Positions 62,706-64,000 of a stretch of 64,000 bases of DNA are shown here, piece after piece. The translations under genes were made by a program, and so were the position numbers. Source of the stretch: Octopus sinensis (taxonomy: Eukaryota); contig NC_043020.1 of the NCBI RefSeq assembly GCF_006345805.1, positions 10,726,001 to 10,790,000 on the forward strand, written 5' to 3'. Numbering within the stretch: the stretch's first letter is position 1; each line of letters begins with the position of its first letter. The notes below the pieces were generated by a model. That model was not told the origin of the DNA, ran no database searches, and saw only the letters and a program-made list of their open reading frames with translations.

Positions 62706-63739
62706 ATCAAAAAGGTGTTCAGTGTTGTTGTTGGTGAGGTGGTATGGTTTCTAAAGCTGGATACCCTTCTTAATGACAACAACTGTAAAGAGTGTATTGG
62801 GCGTTTTTTACACAGCACCAGCCTTAAGGAAGTTACCTGGCAACTCACAAGACATGACCTCTCAGCTGAGGTGTGGGAACATTTTGAAGGAGGTCCAACC
62901 CATGCCAGCATGGGAGGCGGATGTTAAACAATGATGATGATAATGATGATATGAGTGTAAGTGTGTGAATAATTATGTCTCCTTGGATTGACACTGTGTG
63001 ATACAAGCAGTATTGTTCATTTCTGCCATACAAGCAGTATTGTTCATTTCTGCCATACAAGCAGTATTGTTCATTTCTGATATTTTGTGAGAACACATCT
63101 GGCCATGGGAAAAGGAATTACAACCGTGTTTCGTGGTCTGCTACCACAACAGCTCCTTTATAGGATCCAGTTAGCTCAAGGCATCATCAGGAGGAACCAC
63201 GTCCGGTTTCGGCCTCTACTCCTGTACCGTTTTGATGTGGTGGGACCCCCCCCTTTCGGAGGTGTCTTCAGCTCTGGTGTTGGATGCATGTCTCCTTTCT
63301 TCTGTTCCCTGGCCTCTTCGATGTATCATCAGCGAGTGTCAGCCGGTGACTGACTGTCTTGTCAAATTTTTCCCTTTAAATACCTGTCACATAGGCTCCA
63401 GCAGGCAGCCCCAGCAAGTTGTTACGTGACACTGTCTCACCTTAACTGACTAGTGAAGGCGCGTAGTTTTAGCCCATGCTTTTTCTAAACGACCGTCACC
63501 TGTCAGGCAACCCCAGCAAGTTGTCACGTGACACTGTCTCACTTTGCTTGGAAACAAGTGCAGGTTGGTGACAGGAAGGGCATCCAGCTATAAAAAAAAA
63601 ATCTGTCAAACCCATGCAAGCATGGAAAAGTAGACATTAAAACAATAAGGATGATGAAAGTGTTTTAAGAGAGTATCTGAAAACCAAGTCAAAATAGAGT
63701 ACAAGACTGAATGAAAAAGAGTACAAAATATCAACATAC

Positions 63740-63900
63740 CACTTTAAGGTAATATCTGATGGCCAGTTTGTAGAAAGACAAATCAACAGAATAATCCGCT
63801 AGCATCTCATATTGTTTCATCAGGCTCTTGATATTCTCGCTATCTGATGATTTTTTCTCTAGTGTTGTCAGTTTGTCCTGGACTATTTCACTCTTCTGAG
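63740..63900 (-). CDS. TONSL: TONSL coding exon, TPR (QKSEIVQDKLTTLEKKSSDSENIKSLMKQYEMLADYSVDLSFYKLAIRYYLKV)
   Basis: 161 nt, phase 1-0. Acceptor tcttttcttctccaacag| and donor GTG|gtatgt. TPR-like; resembles recalled human [26 protein letters not shown]. Confidence 0.8.
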
Positions 63901-64000
63901 CTGTTGGAGAAGAAAAGATTGAATAATTTCATTTTAAAAATGTTAATATTATTATTGAGTGCAAGAACAATGCATACCATCAAAGTGACACCAGGGTATA

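Noticed and set aside
146-63429. Many short ORF-track entries repeated across the window (e.g. MSSNARGTNTDTQ..., [15 protein letters not shown]...)
   Set aside because: They are translations of SINE consensus sequence or microsatellites, not genes.

Overview
Eukaryotic, AT- and microsatellite-rich genomic DNA. The SINE, LINE and Penelope content suggests an octopus or other cephalopod (inferred, not searched). The whole window lies inside one minus-strand host gene that I recognise as TONSL (Tonsoku-like). Five coding exons were found by eye with canonical splice sites and consistent phases: 63900-63740, 25139-25014, 21657-21402, 10599-10535 and 996-910. They encode TPR repeats, then an acidic linker, then the first ankyrin repeat; one expected TPR exon could not be found. 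The introns hold tRNA-derived SINEs (some tandemly amplified), RTE and CR1 LINE fragments, Helitrons, MITEs, a 90-bp minisatellite, and a near-complete Penelope-like retroelement (PLE) at 48398-55516 with RT, GIY-YIG and hammerhead-containing pseudo-LTRs. At least eight minimal type-I hammerhead ribozyme (HHR) motifs from about four families are present. The most unusual signal is an RNA motif found twice (44338-44413 and 56843-56915) in non-coding, direct-repeat-bounded elements. It has every hammerhead catalytic nucleotide and three helices, two of them supported by compensatory indels, but the strands are in an order matching none of types I/II/III. It is a candidate pseudoknotted or permuted hammerhead. 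Two PLE remnants also sit at the centre of multi-kb inverted duplications.
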